A DNA stretch of 64,000 nucleotides from Chlamydiia bacterium (GTDB taxonomy: Bacteria; Chlamydiota; Chlamydiia; Chlamydiales; 2-12-FULL-49-11). The stretch spans positions 1 through 64,000 of the forward strand of contig JBIKLZ010000001.1 of the NCBI GenBank assembly GCA_044359535.1, written 5' to 3'. The notes under the pieces were generated by a model. The model did no database searches, was not told the origin of the DNA, and saw only the letters and a program-made list of their open reading frames with translations. The translations under genes and the position numbers were made by a program. Shown here in pieces: positions 1 through 9,617 of the stretch. Position 1 is the first letter of the stretch. Each line of letters starts with the position of its first letter.

Positions 1-679
1 TATCCTCTCCTTCAAGTTGAACGGGCTTAAAGCCTCTTTTTTCGTAGGTCGTTTGTTGGACTATCCGATCACAATAAATTGCCATTTTATTGTGATGAGG
101 GTGCTTTGTAATCACTTCATTAAAATAGGCAAGGAGGGTGGGTGCAAGTACTTTCATTTTTTTGAGTTGTTCCAAAGTTGTTGGATCCTCAGGGTCAATG
201 CACTTTATCGTTTCAACAACCCCAGTTTCTATATTGAGGATCACGGTTTTGAAATCCCTGTTGTAACCTTGAATAAGCCAGTCAAATAGTTTTTTTAGTT
301 TAGGGTCTGCATTTTTTACAATCATGGCGTAGTTGCCAATTTTTTCTATCTCCGATTGCTTTATTATTTGCCTAGTAGTTTTTTTAAAACGATCTTTGGC
401 TTCTGCTTGAGCTTTGGCTTTGGCTTCTGCTTGAGCTTCGGCTTCGGCTTCTGCTGCTGCTTGAGCTTTGGCTTCGGCTTTTTTCTTTGCTTCATGGGTG
501 AGTTTAATAGACCAGCACGTCACTAAAGGAACAATCACAGTTAAGGCTACGATTGTAAAAATAGCTAAAATCCAAATCCCAATTCTTAAGGCTAGATCTT
601 TTTCCTCCGGATTCTTTGCACGAGCGTCTGCATATTGGGTGGGATCAGTAACAAGTTGAACAAATGGATTAATTGACAT
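1..679 (-). CDS. Candidate membrane-anchored/Inc-like effector, 3' end runs off the window (missing from the ORF track)
   Basis: Hand translation from ATG at 679 is open to base 1: MSINPFVQLVTDPTQYADARAK..., hydrophobic segment IGIWILAIFTIVALTVIVPLVTCW, then an AEAKAQ repeat. The N-terminus resembles the neighbouring ORF 829..1992. Confidence 0.75.
   Translation of the reverse strand, partial: MSINPFVQLVTDPTQYADARAKNPEEKDLALRIGIWILAIFTIVALTVIVPLVTCWSIKLTHEAKKKAEAKAQAAAEAEAEAQAEAKAKAQAEAKDRFKKTTRQIIKQSEIEKIGNYAMIVKNADPKLKKLFDWLIQGYNRDFKTVILNIETGVVETIKCIDPEDPTTLEQLKKMKVLAPTLLAYFNEVITKHPHHNKMAIYCDRIVQQTTYEKRGFKPVQLEGED
398..480. repeat. Imperfect 6-nt-based tandem repeat encoding an Ala/Glu/Lys/Gln helical linker
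   Basis: Units such as ggcttc, tgcttg and agcttt; the minus strand reads AEAKAQAAAEAEAEAQAEAKAKAQAEAK. Confidence 0.8.
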
Positions 680-828
680 AATAATTAAATTTTATTTTCA
701 GTTATAATTATAGATGTTTTCTAAAGTAAATTCAACCCTTCTATACTTCTTTTTGAAAATAGAGGCTTTGTAACTAAGAATCAATTGGATAGATACATCC
801 TTTGACAGGGTTGCTCTACGTTTTCCAT

Positions 829-1992
829 TCATGATGAGGGTTTTATATTTACAGCAAATCGAATAAAAGGACCTTTTGTTATAGATGGGTGAAAGGTATC
901 ACCCCGCAAAAAACATTGATCTCTTAGAGTGTGGTTTGTAACGTTGCTGTAACTAGGGGTTGCATGAAGGGTCATTAAATTATTAAAGCCAAAAAGATCT
1001 CCTTCGTGTAACTCCGGTAACAAGAGGGTGACATCATTATTAATAAGAAATTCTGATGTCGGAGCGTGACCCCTTCCTTCAAGACTAGTAAATCGTTCTG
1101 CAAAGGTTGGATCTGATAAACACATATCTTCTTTAGAAGATTCAATGACTAAAGTTGGTAAAATAGGCACATCAATAGGTTTCTTATATAAAAAAAATAG
1201 AAAATGATCGCCATTTTCGATTCCCCCATCTCTGTGTAAAAACGGTGTTTGGATTCTACGGGTTCTATACTCAATATCAAAAGAAACACAAGAGCCTTGA
1301 ATTAGTTTATCGGCTAAAGAAGTGTGTCTTAGACACCCCATAAGCTGTGAACATATACCAATAAATCTCCTCCTTAGCGAATCGTTATTGTTAAAATGGT
1401 GATGTGCTACATTGCCAACATAGCTGATTAATTGCAGAGGATTTGTATTAAAGGTAAGTATACCAAAATGACTCTGAAGGATAACTTCTTGTTCTAGAGT
1501 TGAGAAAATAGAGCTGTTTTCATCTTGGAAACTTCGAAAGATATAACTATTGTTTCCACACATTTCTGGTCTTGGAGCCGCAGGCTCCATTAAAGTAGTT
1601 CTATTTTCGGGTGGAATGTTGTGCAAGGTGGTATTTGCTTCGTCCAACATGGAACCATACCGAGGTGAGTGAGATGATTGAGATGATTGAGATGATTGAG
1701 ATGATTGAGATGATTGAGATGATTGAGATGATTGAGATGATTGAGATGATTGAGATGTCGGTATAGGGGTGTTTTCACTAGGAAGAGGACGTGGTACGGT
1801 TGTTGATCCACCCCTTGTCAAATGTCTAATGACCCAACAGGTGACTAACGGGATGATAATGGTAAGTGGAATAATGGTTATGATAAAAAGAAGGGTAAAG
1901 CCCACTTTTTCTGCTGCAGCGTACCTTCTGTTGTTTTCTACTAATTCCCATGGCGTAGTAAAAAATTTTATAGCTTGTTGATCTATTTTCAA
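829..1992 (-). CDS. Membrane-anchored candidate effector with SQS repeat and a putative 2OG-Fe(II) dioxygenase domain
   Basis: TTG start with GGAG 8 nt upstream; hydrophobic FTLLFIITIIPLTIIIPLVTCW; (SQS)n linker; FLHRDG...GDLFGFN...TLHATP...R motif pattern. Confidence 0.7.
   Translation of the reverse strand: MKIDQQAIKFFTTPWELVENNRRYAAAEKVGFTLLFIITIIPLTIIIPLVTCWVIRHLTRGGSTTVPRPLPSENTPIPTSQSSQSSQSSQSSQSSQSSQSSQSSQSSHSPRYGSMLDEANTTLHNIPPENRTTLMEPAAPRPEMCGNNSYIFRSFQDENSSIFSTLEQEVILQSHFGILTFNTNPLQLISYVGNVAHHHFNNNDSLRRRFIGICSQLMGCLRHTSLADKLIQGSCVSFDIEYRTRRIQTPFLHRDGGIENGDHFLFFLYKKPIDVPILPTLVIESSKEDMCLSDPTFAERFTSLEGRGHAPTSEFLINNDVTLLLPELHEGDLFGFNNLMTLHATPSYSNVTNHTLRDQCFLRGDTFHPSITKGPFIRFAVNIKPSS
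1671..1757. repeat. Perfect 9-nt tandem repeat (GAGATGATT)x9 plus a partial unit
   Basis: Directly visible; in frame within the 829..1992 ORF, encoding SQS repeats. Confidence 0.97.
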
Positions 1993-2113
1993 AATAATAA
2001 CTCCATAGGCTTATTGTCATTGATTATATAAAAAATGCAAATAATTACGAAATGAATTATTTATTAAAGAATTTAGTGTGCTATCGAGTGGACGCTAAAT
2101 TATTTTTTAAACG

Positions 2114-2671
2114 TTATAAGGTGTTGTAATGGATAGTTACCCTATCATGGGTTTGAGGTAAGGAGTTTTGGAATAAAACATAGAGGTTGTTATAATTTTT
2201 CTTACTAAGGATCAATTCGATAGGCAGCCCTTTAAAGGGCTCTTTCTCTAAAACGTAGATAGGCTCAAAAATCGTTGAAAGGGTGTTGTAGTCGATAAGT
2301 TTTATTTCATTATCATGAAAAAGATGTGCTCGCTGACATTTTGCATCAATTATGGCAAAAGATCCTTTTTCTTCAAAAAGATCAAATGATGAAAAGGGAA
2401 ACAAAGGGATATCTGATCCATAGCAGAGGGCCTTTGCCGTCATTACCCCAACACGCGTCCCTGTAAAGAGGCCAGGGCCTGTGCAAATCCCAATACCTGA
2501 GAGCTCCTTGATATCTAACTGCTGCTCTTCAAGGAGCTTTTTGATCATAGGAATCAGTTCTTTGGTTTGATTTGTTTGGGGAAGGGGAATTTCTATAGAT
2601 CTTTTTTCATCTAAAAGAAGACAGATCGCGCTGTCTGTAGAGCTTGTATCAATGATCAGGTATTTCTTCAT
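2114..2671 (-). CDS. tsaB: tRNA threonylcarbamoyladenosine biosynthesis protein TsaB (YeaZ)
   Basis: LIIDTS and GPGLFTGTRVG motifs; likely start MKKYL at 2671. Confidence 0.92.
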   Translation of the reverse strand: MKKYLIIDTSSTDSAICLLLDEKRSIEIPLPQTNQTKELIPMIKKLLEEQQLDIKELSGIGICTGPGLFTGTRVGVMTAKALCYGSDIPLFPFSSFDLFEEKGSFAIIDAKCQRAHLFHDNEIKLIDYNTLSTIFEPIYVLEKEPFKGLPIELILSKKNYNNLYVLFQNSLPQTHDRVTIHYNTL

Positions 2672-2724
2672 AATATATCGCAAACCTATTATAAATAGAA
2701 AAATGGGTTTTTGTCTGCTCTTTC

Positions 2725-2753
2725 TTGAATTAATGTGTAAAAGAGGGTAGAGT
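2725..2753 (+). promoter_or_regulatory. Putative sigma66 (sigma70-type) promoter for lon
   Basis: TTGAAT-17 nt-TAGAGT upstream of the AAGGAG RBS and GTG start. Confidence 0.45.
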
Positions 2754-2787
2754 GGTTCCCTTTATCGGTACTTAAGGAGCTTGTATT

Positions 2788-5265
2788 GTGTTAGACGATG
2801 ATGAATATTTCGATGATGAGGGTGATTTACCCCCCCTTTTTGACTCAAATGAAATTATTGAGGGCGATATTGATGTGAGTCAATATCCTAAATTATTGCC
2901 TATTCTCCCCCTCACAAAAAGACCTTTTCCCCCATCTCTTACCGTCCCCCTAATGGTTGAAAAGGGGATTTATTTCGATCTTTTAAAAGAAATGGCTCAC
3001 TCTAAACATAAGTTTGTCGGTCTTGTCCTCACAAGGGATGAAAAGCAAAATATCAATACTGTCACTTTAAAAGATCTTTATGATATTGGAGTAATTGCTC
3101 GCATATTGCGGATTGTATCTACAAATGAAAGGGGAGCACAGGTCATTTTAAGCATTGAGAGCCGTTTTAAGATTTTAAGGCGTGTTTCTAAAAAAGAAGA
3201 TAAATACTTAGCAGCTGCAGTCTCCTATCATCAAGATAGAATTGTTCCAAAACAAAAAGATGAAGTGCAGGCCTACGTGGCAAATATTTTACAAACTGTA
3301 AAGGATTTAATTGCTTTAAACCCTTTATACAAAGAAGAGCTCCAAATTTTTCTCAATAATTCCGAGTTTTCTCAGCCGTGGAAGCTTTGTGATTTTGCTA
3401 CCGCCCTAACCACTGCTTCGAGGGAGGATTTACAAGATGTTTTAGGGACCCTTGATCTATCCAAACGTCTTGAAAAGGCCCTTGTTTTGCTTCGAAAAGA
3501 GTTAGATATTGGTAAAATTCAAAACATGATCAATCAAAAGATTGAAACAACCATTTCTAAAACACAAAAAGACTTTTTTCTTCGCGAGCAGCTTAAGGCA
3601 ATTAAAAAAGAATTAGGCGGTGCAAAAGATGACAAATCTTTAGATAGTGAAAAGTTTAAGGAAAGGGCTAAACACTTAAAAATGTCTGAAGAGGCAAAAG
3701 AAATTTTTGCTGAGGAAATGGATAAACTATCGGTGTTAGAGGTTCAGTCCGCAGAGTATTCAGTTGTAAGAGGCTATTTAGATTGGCTAACCATCCTCCC
3801 TTGGGGGGTTTTGGATAAAGAAAAGCAGTCCATTAGTGAGGCGAGCAACATTTTAGATGAAGATCACTATGGCCTAAAAGATATCAAAGAGCGGATCATT
3901 GAATTCATAAGTGTCGGTGCTTTAAAAAAAACAGGGACCAAAGGGTATATCATTTGTTTAGTCGGCCCCCCTGGTGTTGGAAAAACAAGTATTGGGAAAA
4001 GTATTGCAAGGGCTCTTGATAGAAAGTTTTTTAGGTTTTCATTGGGAGGAATGCGCGATGAGGCTGAAATCAAAGGGCATAGACGCACCTATATTGGGGC
4101 AATGCCTGGAAAAATTTTGCAAGCGTTAAAACAGACAAAAAGTGCAAATCCTGTGATCATGTTAGATGAAATTGATAAAATTGGTCAAAGTTATCATGGA
4201 GATCCAGCTTCTGCTTTGTTGGAAGTGTTAGATCCAGAGCAAAATACCGACTTTTTAGATCACTATTTAGATTGCCGATTTGATCTATCAAACATCTTAT
4301 TCATAGTCACTGCAAATACCCTTGACACCATCCCCTCAGCGCTTCTTGATCGGTGCGAAGTATTGCGCTTATCTGGCTATATCGAAGAAGAAAAAATACA
4401 AATTGCTAAAAAGTATTTAATCAAAAAAAATCGGCAACAGGTGGGGCTTAAACTCTCAGATGTCTCTTTCAAGGCCGATGCCTATCATGCTCTTATCAAT
4501 AACTATTGTAGAGAGGCGGGGGTAAGGCAACTTGAAAAGGCCATTAATAAAGTCTTAAGAAAAATTGCCACAGAAAAAGTAAAGGCAATAGAAGAAGATC
4601 AGGGTAAACAGACCCTAAAAGTGGAAGTTACAGCTAAAAATCTTGAAACCTACCTTGGTAAACCCCTATTCACTTCCGATCGGTTCTATAAGGAACAGTC
4701 TCAAAAAGGGGTTGTCACAGGTCTTGCTTGGACAGAATTTGGGGGGTCCATTTTATATATTGAGGTGGTTGCTCATCCTGGAAAAGAGCGGTTAAGGCTC
4801 ACTGGAAATGCGGGCGATGTGATGAAAGAATCTTCAAGTATTGCTTTAACCTATGTCTATTCACAAGTAGAAACCTATTTACCTAAAGGATTTTTAATGG
4901 ACGGGACAGAGGTGCACATCCACATCCCTGAAGGAGCCACCCCTAAAGATGGCCCTTCGGCAGGAATTGCAATGACTACCGCCATTATTTCCTTGTTCAA
5001 TGATATCCCCGTTCCAGATAGCATTGCAATGACAGGGGAGATCACCCTCACAGGGAAAGTCTTGCCTATTGGCGGCCTTAAAGAAAAAGTCATTGCTGCA
5101 AAGCGTGAAAATATTCATACCCTCATTGTCCCTCATAAAAACAAAAGGGATTTTGATGAGCTTGCCCCCCATATTAAAAAGGATGTCGATATCCATTTTG
5201 TAGAATGCTATATGGATGTCTATCAACTCATCTTTGGAAAGAAAAGGGCAAAGCTAGGTTTATAA
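2788..5265 (+). CDS. lon: ATP-dependent protease La
   Basis: GPPGVGKTS Walker A, RRTYIGAMPG, KDGPSAG catalytic Ser motif, GGLKEK. Confidence 0.98.
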   Translation: MLDDDEYFDDEGDLPPLFDSNEIIEGDIDVSQYPKLLPILPLTKRPFPPSLTVPLMVEKGIYFDLLKEMAHSKHKFVGLVLTRDEKQNINTVTLKDLYDIGVIARILRIVSTNERGAQVILSIESRFKILRRVSKKEDKYLAAAVSYHQDRIVPKQKDEVQAYVANILQTVKDLIALNPLYKEELQIFLNNSEFSQPWKLCDFATALTTASREDLQDVLGTLDLSKRLEKALVLLRKELDIGKIQNMINQKIETTISKTQKDFFLREQLKAIKKELGGAKDDKSLDSEKFKERAKHLKMSEEAKEIFAEEMDKLSVLEVQSAEYSVVRGYLDWLTILPWGVLDKEKQSISEASNILDEDHYGLKDIKERIIEFISVGALKKTGTKGYIICLVGPPGVGKTSIGKSIARALDRKFFRFSLGGMRDEAEIKGHRRTYIGAMPGKILQALKQTKSANPVIMLDEIDKIGQSYHGDPASALLEVLDPEQNTDFLDHYLDCRFDLSNILFIVTANTLDTIPSALLDRCEVLRLSGYIEEEKIQIAKKYLIKKNRQQVGLKLSDVSFKADAYHALINNYCREAGVRQLEKAINKVLRKIATEKVKAIEEDQGKQTLKVEVTAKNLETYLGKPLFTSDRFYKEQSQKGVVTGLAWTEFGGSILYIEVVAHPGKERLRLTGNAGDVMKESSSIALTYVYSQVETYLPKGFLMDGTEVHIHIPEGATPKDGPSAGIAMTTAIISLFNDIPVPDSIAMTGEITLTGKVLPIGGLKEKVIAAKRENIHTLIVPHKNKRDFDELAPHIKKDVDIHFVECYMDVYQLIFGKKRAKLGL

Positions 5266-5268
5266 AAA

Positions 5269-6195
5269 ATGAGTGTTAGAGATTTAACAGTTTTAGGGTC
5301 ATCCTCTCAACAACCTACAAGAAAGCGTAACCATGGAGCCTACTTACTTCGGTGGAATGGTGAGGGGTTTTTATTTGACCCAGGGGAGGGAACTCAAAGG
5401 CAATTTATTCATGCCGGCATTGCCCCTCCCACTGTCACCCGCATTTTTATTTCTCATTTTCATGGAGACCATTGTTTAGGCTTTGGTTCAATGCTCATGA
5501 GATTAAATTTAGATGGGGTCAACCATCCCATCCATTGCTACTATCCAAAAAGTGGAAAAAAGTACTTTGATAGACTCCGATACGGAACGATTTATCATGA
5601 AAGGATCCAGGTAATTGAGCACCCAATTGATGAGTCAGGGGTGGTTCACGACGATGGGGCATTTACTATTTCAGCTGAATTTTTAGATCATGGGGTTGAT
5701 AATATTGCCTATAGAGTTCAAGAAAAAGATGAACGAAAGTATTATAAAGATAAATTACTTGCATTGGGCATTGTTGGCGAAAAGATGCGAGAGCTCAATG
5801 AAAAGGGTTCAATTCATATCAATGGAGCCACAATCCTTGTCCAAGAGGTAAGTTATATTCGACAAGGGGACAGCTTTGCTTACATTTCTGATACACGAGT
5901 GTGTCCTGCGGCTGAAAAAATTGCTAAAGATGTCACTATGCTTTTATCAGAAAGCACTTATCTTGATGAAGAAGCAGAAATGGCTTATAATCACCACCAC
6001 CTTACAGCAAAACAGGCAGCATCGATTGCAAAAAAAGCCAATGCAAAAATGCTCATCCTAACTCATTTTTCTGCAAGATACTTAGAGTTAGATCTTTTTG
6101 AAAAGCAAGCTTCTGAAATTTTTAAAAACACCCATATCGCTGAGGATTTAAAGCGTTTTTCTTTTATAAAATCGGTAGATCCTTTAGGCAGCTAG
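5269..6195 (+). CDS. rnz: Ribonuclease Z
   Basis: [17 protein letters not shown] metallo-beta-lactamase motif, LTHFSARY. Confidence 0.96.
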   Translation: MSVRDLTVLGSSSQQPTRKRNHGAYLLRWNGEGFLFDPGEGTQRQFIHAGIAPPTVTRIFISHFHGDHCLGFGSMLMRLNLDGVNHPIHCYYPKSGKKYFDRLRYGTIYHERIQVIEHPIDESGVVHDDGAFTISAEFLDHGVDNIAYRVQEKDERKYYKDKLLALGIVGEKMRELNEKGSIHINGATILVQEVSYIRQGDSFAYISDTRVCPAAEKIAKDVTMLLSESTYLDEEAEMAYNHHHLTAKQAASIAKKANAKMLILTHFSARYLELDLFEKQASEIFKNTHIAEDLKRFSFIKSVDPLGS

Positions 6196-6606
6196 GTCTT
6201 TGTAAATAACGGTTAAATCGTCAAAAAGACCTTCTAAAGAGGGTTTATCTTTTATAAAATTGTGTAACATCGTCTTCATTGTTTCGAGATTGTCATCATA
6301 CTTAAGTCTATCGGCAGCGCCGATTAAAGAACAAAAATCCCGACTTTTTTTGTTTAGATGGAGAGGGATTTCTAAAAGATCTTTAACAATGGTTGCATTA
6401 TAGTAGGCGGTTTCATCTAAATTCTTTTTCCCAAGGAGCTCTTTGGAAAAATAATGGACATTCCAAATTTTTTCAGCAAACTGAGAATATTCTTTATTAT
6501 TTATAAATTCTTCTCCAATTTGAGCCTTATCTATCAAAGATTGAAGGTAATTTATAAAAGATTTAATCTCTCTTTGTAAGTATGTTACATTTGGATGAAC
6601 CATCAT
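6184..6606 (-). CDS. Hypothetical protein, 140 aa
   Basis: Open frame with GGAG RBS; fills the gap between rnz and the ABC-F gene; no recognisable motif. Confidence 0.7.
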   Translation of the reverse strand: MMVHPNVTYLQREIKSFINYLQSLIDKAQIGEEFINNKEYSQFAEKIWNVHYFSKELLGKKNLDETAYYNATIVKDLLEIPLHLNKKSRDFCSLIGAADRLKYDDNLETMKTMLHNFIKDKPSLEGLFDDLTVIYKDLAA

Positions 6607-6657
6607 AGACTCCCTATAGATTTCCCTATAAAATTCACCCTATGTTAACAGATGTTT

Positions 6658-8241
6658 TTACTCAACCTTAGATTTTCGATATTCTTCAAGGGGGCCATCA
6701 AAGGTATGGATCCCATTTTTCTCAAGTGCAATAATGCGAGTAGCTACTGTGTCAATTAAGTCTCTATCATGAGAGGCAAAAATAACTGTTCCTGGGTAAT
6801 TTTTAAGTCCACTTCCTAATGCCGATACCGATTCAAGGTCAAGGTGGTTGTTAGGCTCATCCAAGATTAAGGTATTAAAGGTGTTTAAGATAAGACCGGC
6901 AAGAAGGACTCTTGCTGTCTCTCCTCCAGAAAGCTTTGCGACCCCTTTAAAAGCATCATCCCCTGGAAATAAAAGTTTTCCTAATGCAGAGCGAATCTCC
7001 TGCTCATGGGCGGTAGATTTTTGCGTTCTTAAAAAATCAAGAATTGAGATGTTAGATTTTTTATCAATCACCTCTTCATGAAGCTGTGGGAAGTACCCAA
7101 ACAGCGTTTGGTGACCAAGGGTGATTTCCCCTTCGCTAGGTGGGATAATTCCAGCTATTAATTTGAGGAGGGTGGTTTTTCCCATCCCGTTGTTTCCAAT
7201 AATTGCAATTTTATCGCCACGATTGACTTCATAGGAAAAATTCTTGATGACAAGGTTATCCCCAAAGGATTTGGAAACCTTCTTAAGCTTATAGGTAATA
7301 GCCCCAGAGTTTCTTTCTGGATTTTGAAAACAAATATAGGGTCTTAAAATATTAGATTTTTTTAACTCTTGAGGTTGAAGTTTTTCAATTTCTTTTATCC
7401 GAGATTGGACTTGGGAAGCCCTTGTTCCAGCTCCAAATTTTGCTACAAATTGCTTAAGTTGCTCAGCCTTTTTTTCTTTATTTTTATTTTCAGCATCTAC
7501 TCGAGAGCGCACTTCAGATTTAGCAACCACCATCTCGTCATAATTTCCTGGATAATGGATAATGGTTTCGTAGTCAATATCGGCAATACAGGTACACACT
7601 GCATTTAAAAAGTGTCTGTCGTGAGAGATGACAATAAGGGTCCCATCAAAGGATTTTAAGAAGGTTTCAAGCCAAAATATCGCTTCTAAATCAAGGTGGT
7701 TGGTTGGTTCATCAAGAAGCAATGCCTCTGGGTTCCCATAAAGAGCTTGGCAGAGCAAAACTCTAAATTGCATATCATTTGGAAGGGTGTGCATTTTCTT
7801 TTCATAGGATTCAGGTTTGATCCCCATCCCTTCTAAAAGAACTTCAGCATCTGAAGCTGCGGTATACCCATTTTCCTCACCCACAATTTCTTCAAGCTCA
7901 GCAAGCCTCATCCCTGCAGCATCTGTAATTTCCCCTGCGTAGAGCTCATCTTGTTCTTTAACAGCGGCCCAAAGGCGTTTGTTCCCCATGATCACAACAT
8001 CACGAATCATGTTGTCCTTAAATTCGGCAATATCCTGTTTTAAAAAACCTACTTTTTTAGGTAAACTCACCGTTCCAGAGGTGGCATCCTCAGTTCCCAT
8101 CATGATTTTCATTAGAGTGGATTTTCCTGCCCCATTAGGTCCTGTTAAACCATAGCGCTGATTGGAATTAAACGATGCAGAAACGTTTTCAAATAAAACC
8201 CTTGCTCCAATTTTTTTTGTAATTTTATCTAAGATTATCAT
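6658..8241 (-). CDS. ABC-F family ATPase (YbiT-like, ribosome-associated)
   Basis: Two ABC domains (GPNGAGKST, GNNGMGKTT, LLDEPTNHLD, LSGGE) and no transmembrane segments; start MIILDK at 8241 with AAGGAG RBS. Confidence 0.93.
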   Translation of the reverse strand: MIILDKITKKIGARVLFENVSASFNSNQRYGLTGPNGAGKSTLMKIMMGTEDATSGTVSLPKKVGFLKQDIAEFKDNMIRDVVIMGNKRLWAAVKEQDELYAGEITDAAGMRLAELEEIVGEENGYTAASDAEVLLEGMGIKPESYEKKMHTLPNDMQFRVLLCQALYGNPEALLLDEPTNHLDLEAIFWLETFLKSFDGTLIVISHDRHFLNAVCTCIADIDYETIIHYPGNYDEMVVAKSEVRSRVDAENKNKEKKAEQLKQFVAKFGAGTRASQVQSRIKEIEKLQPQELKKSNILRPYICFQNPERNSGAITYKLKKVSKSFGDNLVIKNFSYEVNRGDKIAIIGNNGMGKTTLLKLIAGIIPPSEGEITLGHQTLFGYFPQLHEEVIDKKSNISILDFLRTQKSTAHEQEIRSALGKLLFPGDDAFKGVAKLSGGETARVLLAGLILNTFNTLILDEPNNHLDLESVSALGSGLKNYPGTVIFASHDRDLIDTVATRIIALEKNGIHTFDGPLEEYRKSKVE

Positions 8242-8342
8242 AATAGTCTCCTTTAGCAAATAGGATAACATGACAGGGGGGTTCCTTGCAAGGGGCTCAT
8301 ATTCTTATTTCACTATTTACACCCCTATGCTACCCTTTGAAC

Positions 8343-9260
8343 ATGGAAAAAAATATTGAAGAGTTCACTCACTATTTAGAATCTGTTAAAGGGGCCTCCT
8401 CCCACACTGTACGCAATTACACCCTTGATTTAAAGGCTCTTTCTGATTTTTTAGGGGACAAAAAGGGCTCAGCACCTCTTATTCGTGAGTTTTTAGGCAA
8501 TCTTCATGCTAAAGGAAAAAAGAAAAGTTCTATTGCTCGAACCCTTTCAGCGATTCGCTCCTTTTATACATTTTTACAAAGGGAAAAATATATAAAAGAG
8601 AATCCTGCGATTACTTTACAGCGTCCAAAGACAGTACGAAAAATTCCTATGATCCTTTCCCTTGAAGAGATTAAACTCTTTATGAGTGCCCCAGATACAA
8701 CCACCTATCTTGGGTTTAGAGATGCTGTTATCATAGAACTTTTTTACAGCTCTGGGATTCGAGTTTCTGAACTTGTCTCTTTAAATAAAAAGCATTTTTA
8801 CCCAGGGGATCTTACAATAAAAGTTTTAGGAAAGGGGAAAAAGGAAAGGATTGTTCCCCTCACACAAAGGTGTTGCTCCTTGTTGGAAAGATATATCACA
8901 GACCCAAAGCGCTTTATCGATGTGGAACATCACCTTAAAGAATTTGATAAAGAGGCGATCTTTCTTAACTGCTTTGGGGAAAAAATGACTCCCCGTTCTA
9001 TAAATCGTCTTTTTTCGCACTATCAAAAACAGGCTCAAATGGCTAAAAAAATCACTCCACATACTTTAAGGCACAGCATCGCTACCCATCTTTTAGAGCG
9101 GGGGATGGATCTTAGATCCATTCAAGAAATTCTTGGACACACAACCATTGCAACCACAACGATCTATACACAGGTTTCTTCTACGTTAAAAAACAAAAGT
9201 TATCAAGAGCATCACCCCTATGGACAAGGGGGTAAAGAAAAAAAGGTAGAGAAGGTGTAA
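8343..9260 (+). CDS. xerC: Tyrosine recombinase XerC
   Basis: GIRVSEL, GKGKKER, TPHTLRHSIATHLL, LGH...TTIYT; likely ATG at 8343. Confidence 0.88.
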   Translation: MEKNIEEFTHYLESVKGASSHTVRNYTLDLKALSDFLGDKKGSAPLIREFLGNLHAKGKKKSSIARTLSAIRSFYTFLQREKYIKENPAITLQRPKTVRKIPMILSLEEIKLFMSAPDTTTYLGFRDAVIIELFYSSGIRVSELVSLNKKHFYPGDLTIKVLGKGKKERIVPLTQRCCSLLERYITDPKRFIDVEHHLKEFDKEAIFLNCFGEKMTPRSINRLFSHYQKQAQMAKKITPHTLRHSIATHLLERGMDLRSIQEILGHTTIATTTIYTQVSSTLKNKSYQEHHPYGQGGKEKKVEKV

Positions 9261-9614
9261 GCTGGGTTCTGTAAGGTTTTTTTATAAACCTTTTCAATCA
9301 TTCATCTAGGGGCAGTATTGCTACGGCCCTCAAGCGACTCTTCGAAGCTTTAAAGGTGACGGCCTTTTTCCCTTCGGAATAAAACTTCTTGTCTTGCTTT
9401 AGATAGGGTTTGCACTGACGTTAAGCCTCTTAGCCTAACCGCTCTTATCACAAATAAGAGATTTTCACTCTACCCATCTAACGATGGCGACCTATTTTCT
9501 GTTGCACTTTCCGTAGCCTTGCGGCCCCCAGGCTTTCCCTGGTATCTTTGTCTATAAAGCCCAGACTTTCCTCTTTATAAAAAATATTTATAAAGCGATT
9601 GATTCTCCTCTACC
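9245..9614 (-). ncRNA. rnpB: RNase P RNA (type A)
   Basis: Minus strand contains GAGGAAAGTC, GGAAAGTGCAACAGAAAA and 3' ACAGAACCCAGCTTA signatures; the termini GGTAGAG and CTCTACC pair as P1. Confidence 0.95.
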
Positions 9615-9617
9615 AAA

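Noticed and set aside
17-659. Plus-strand ORFs 17..289 and 468..659
   Set aside because: Both are antisense to the longer minus-strand ORF (<1..679), which resembles its neighbour.
1671-1757. Tandem repeats as a possible CRISPR array (also 55270-55646)
   Set aside because: The units are 6-9 nt, contiguous, spacer-less and in coding frame; there are no cas genes in the window.
1590-1811. 73-aa ORF with an (HLN)n His repeat
   Set aside because: It is an alternative frame of the 9-nt repeat inside the 829..1992 gene, with no independent support.
8343-9260. Tyrosine recombinase as the integrase of a mobile element
   Set aside because: It has XerC-type size and motifs, sits among housekeeping genes, and has no att repeats or cargo.
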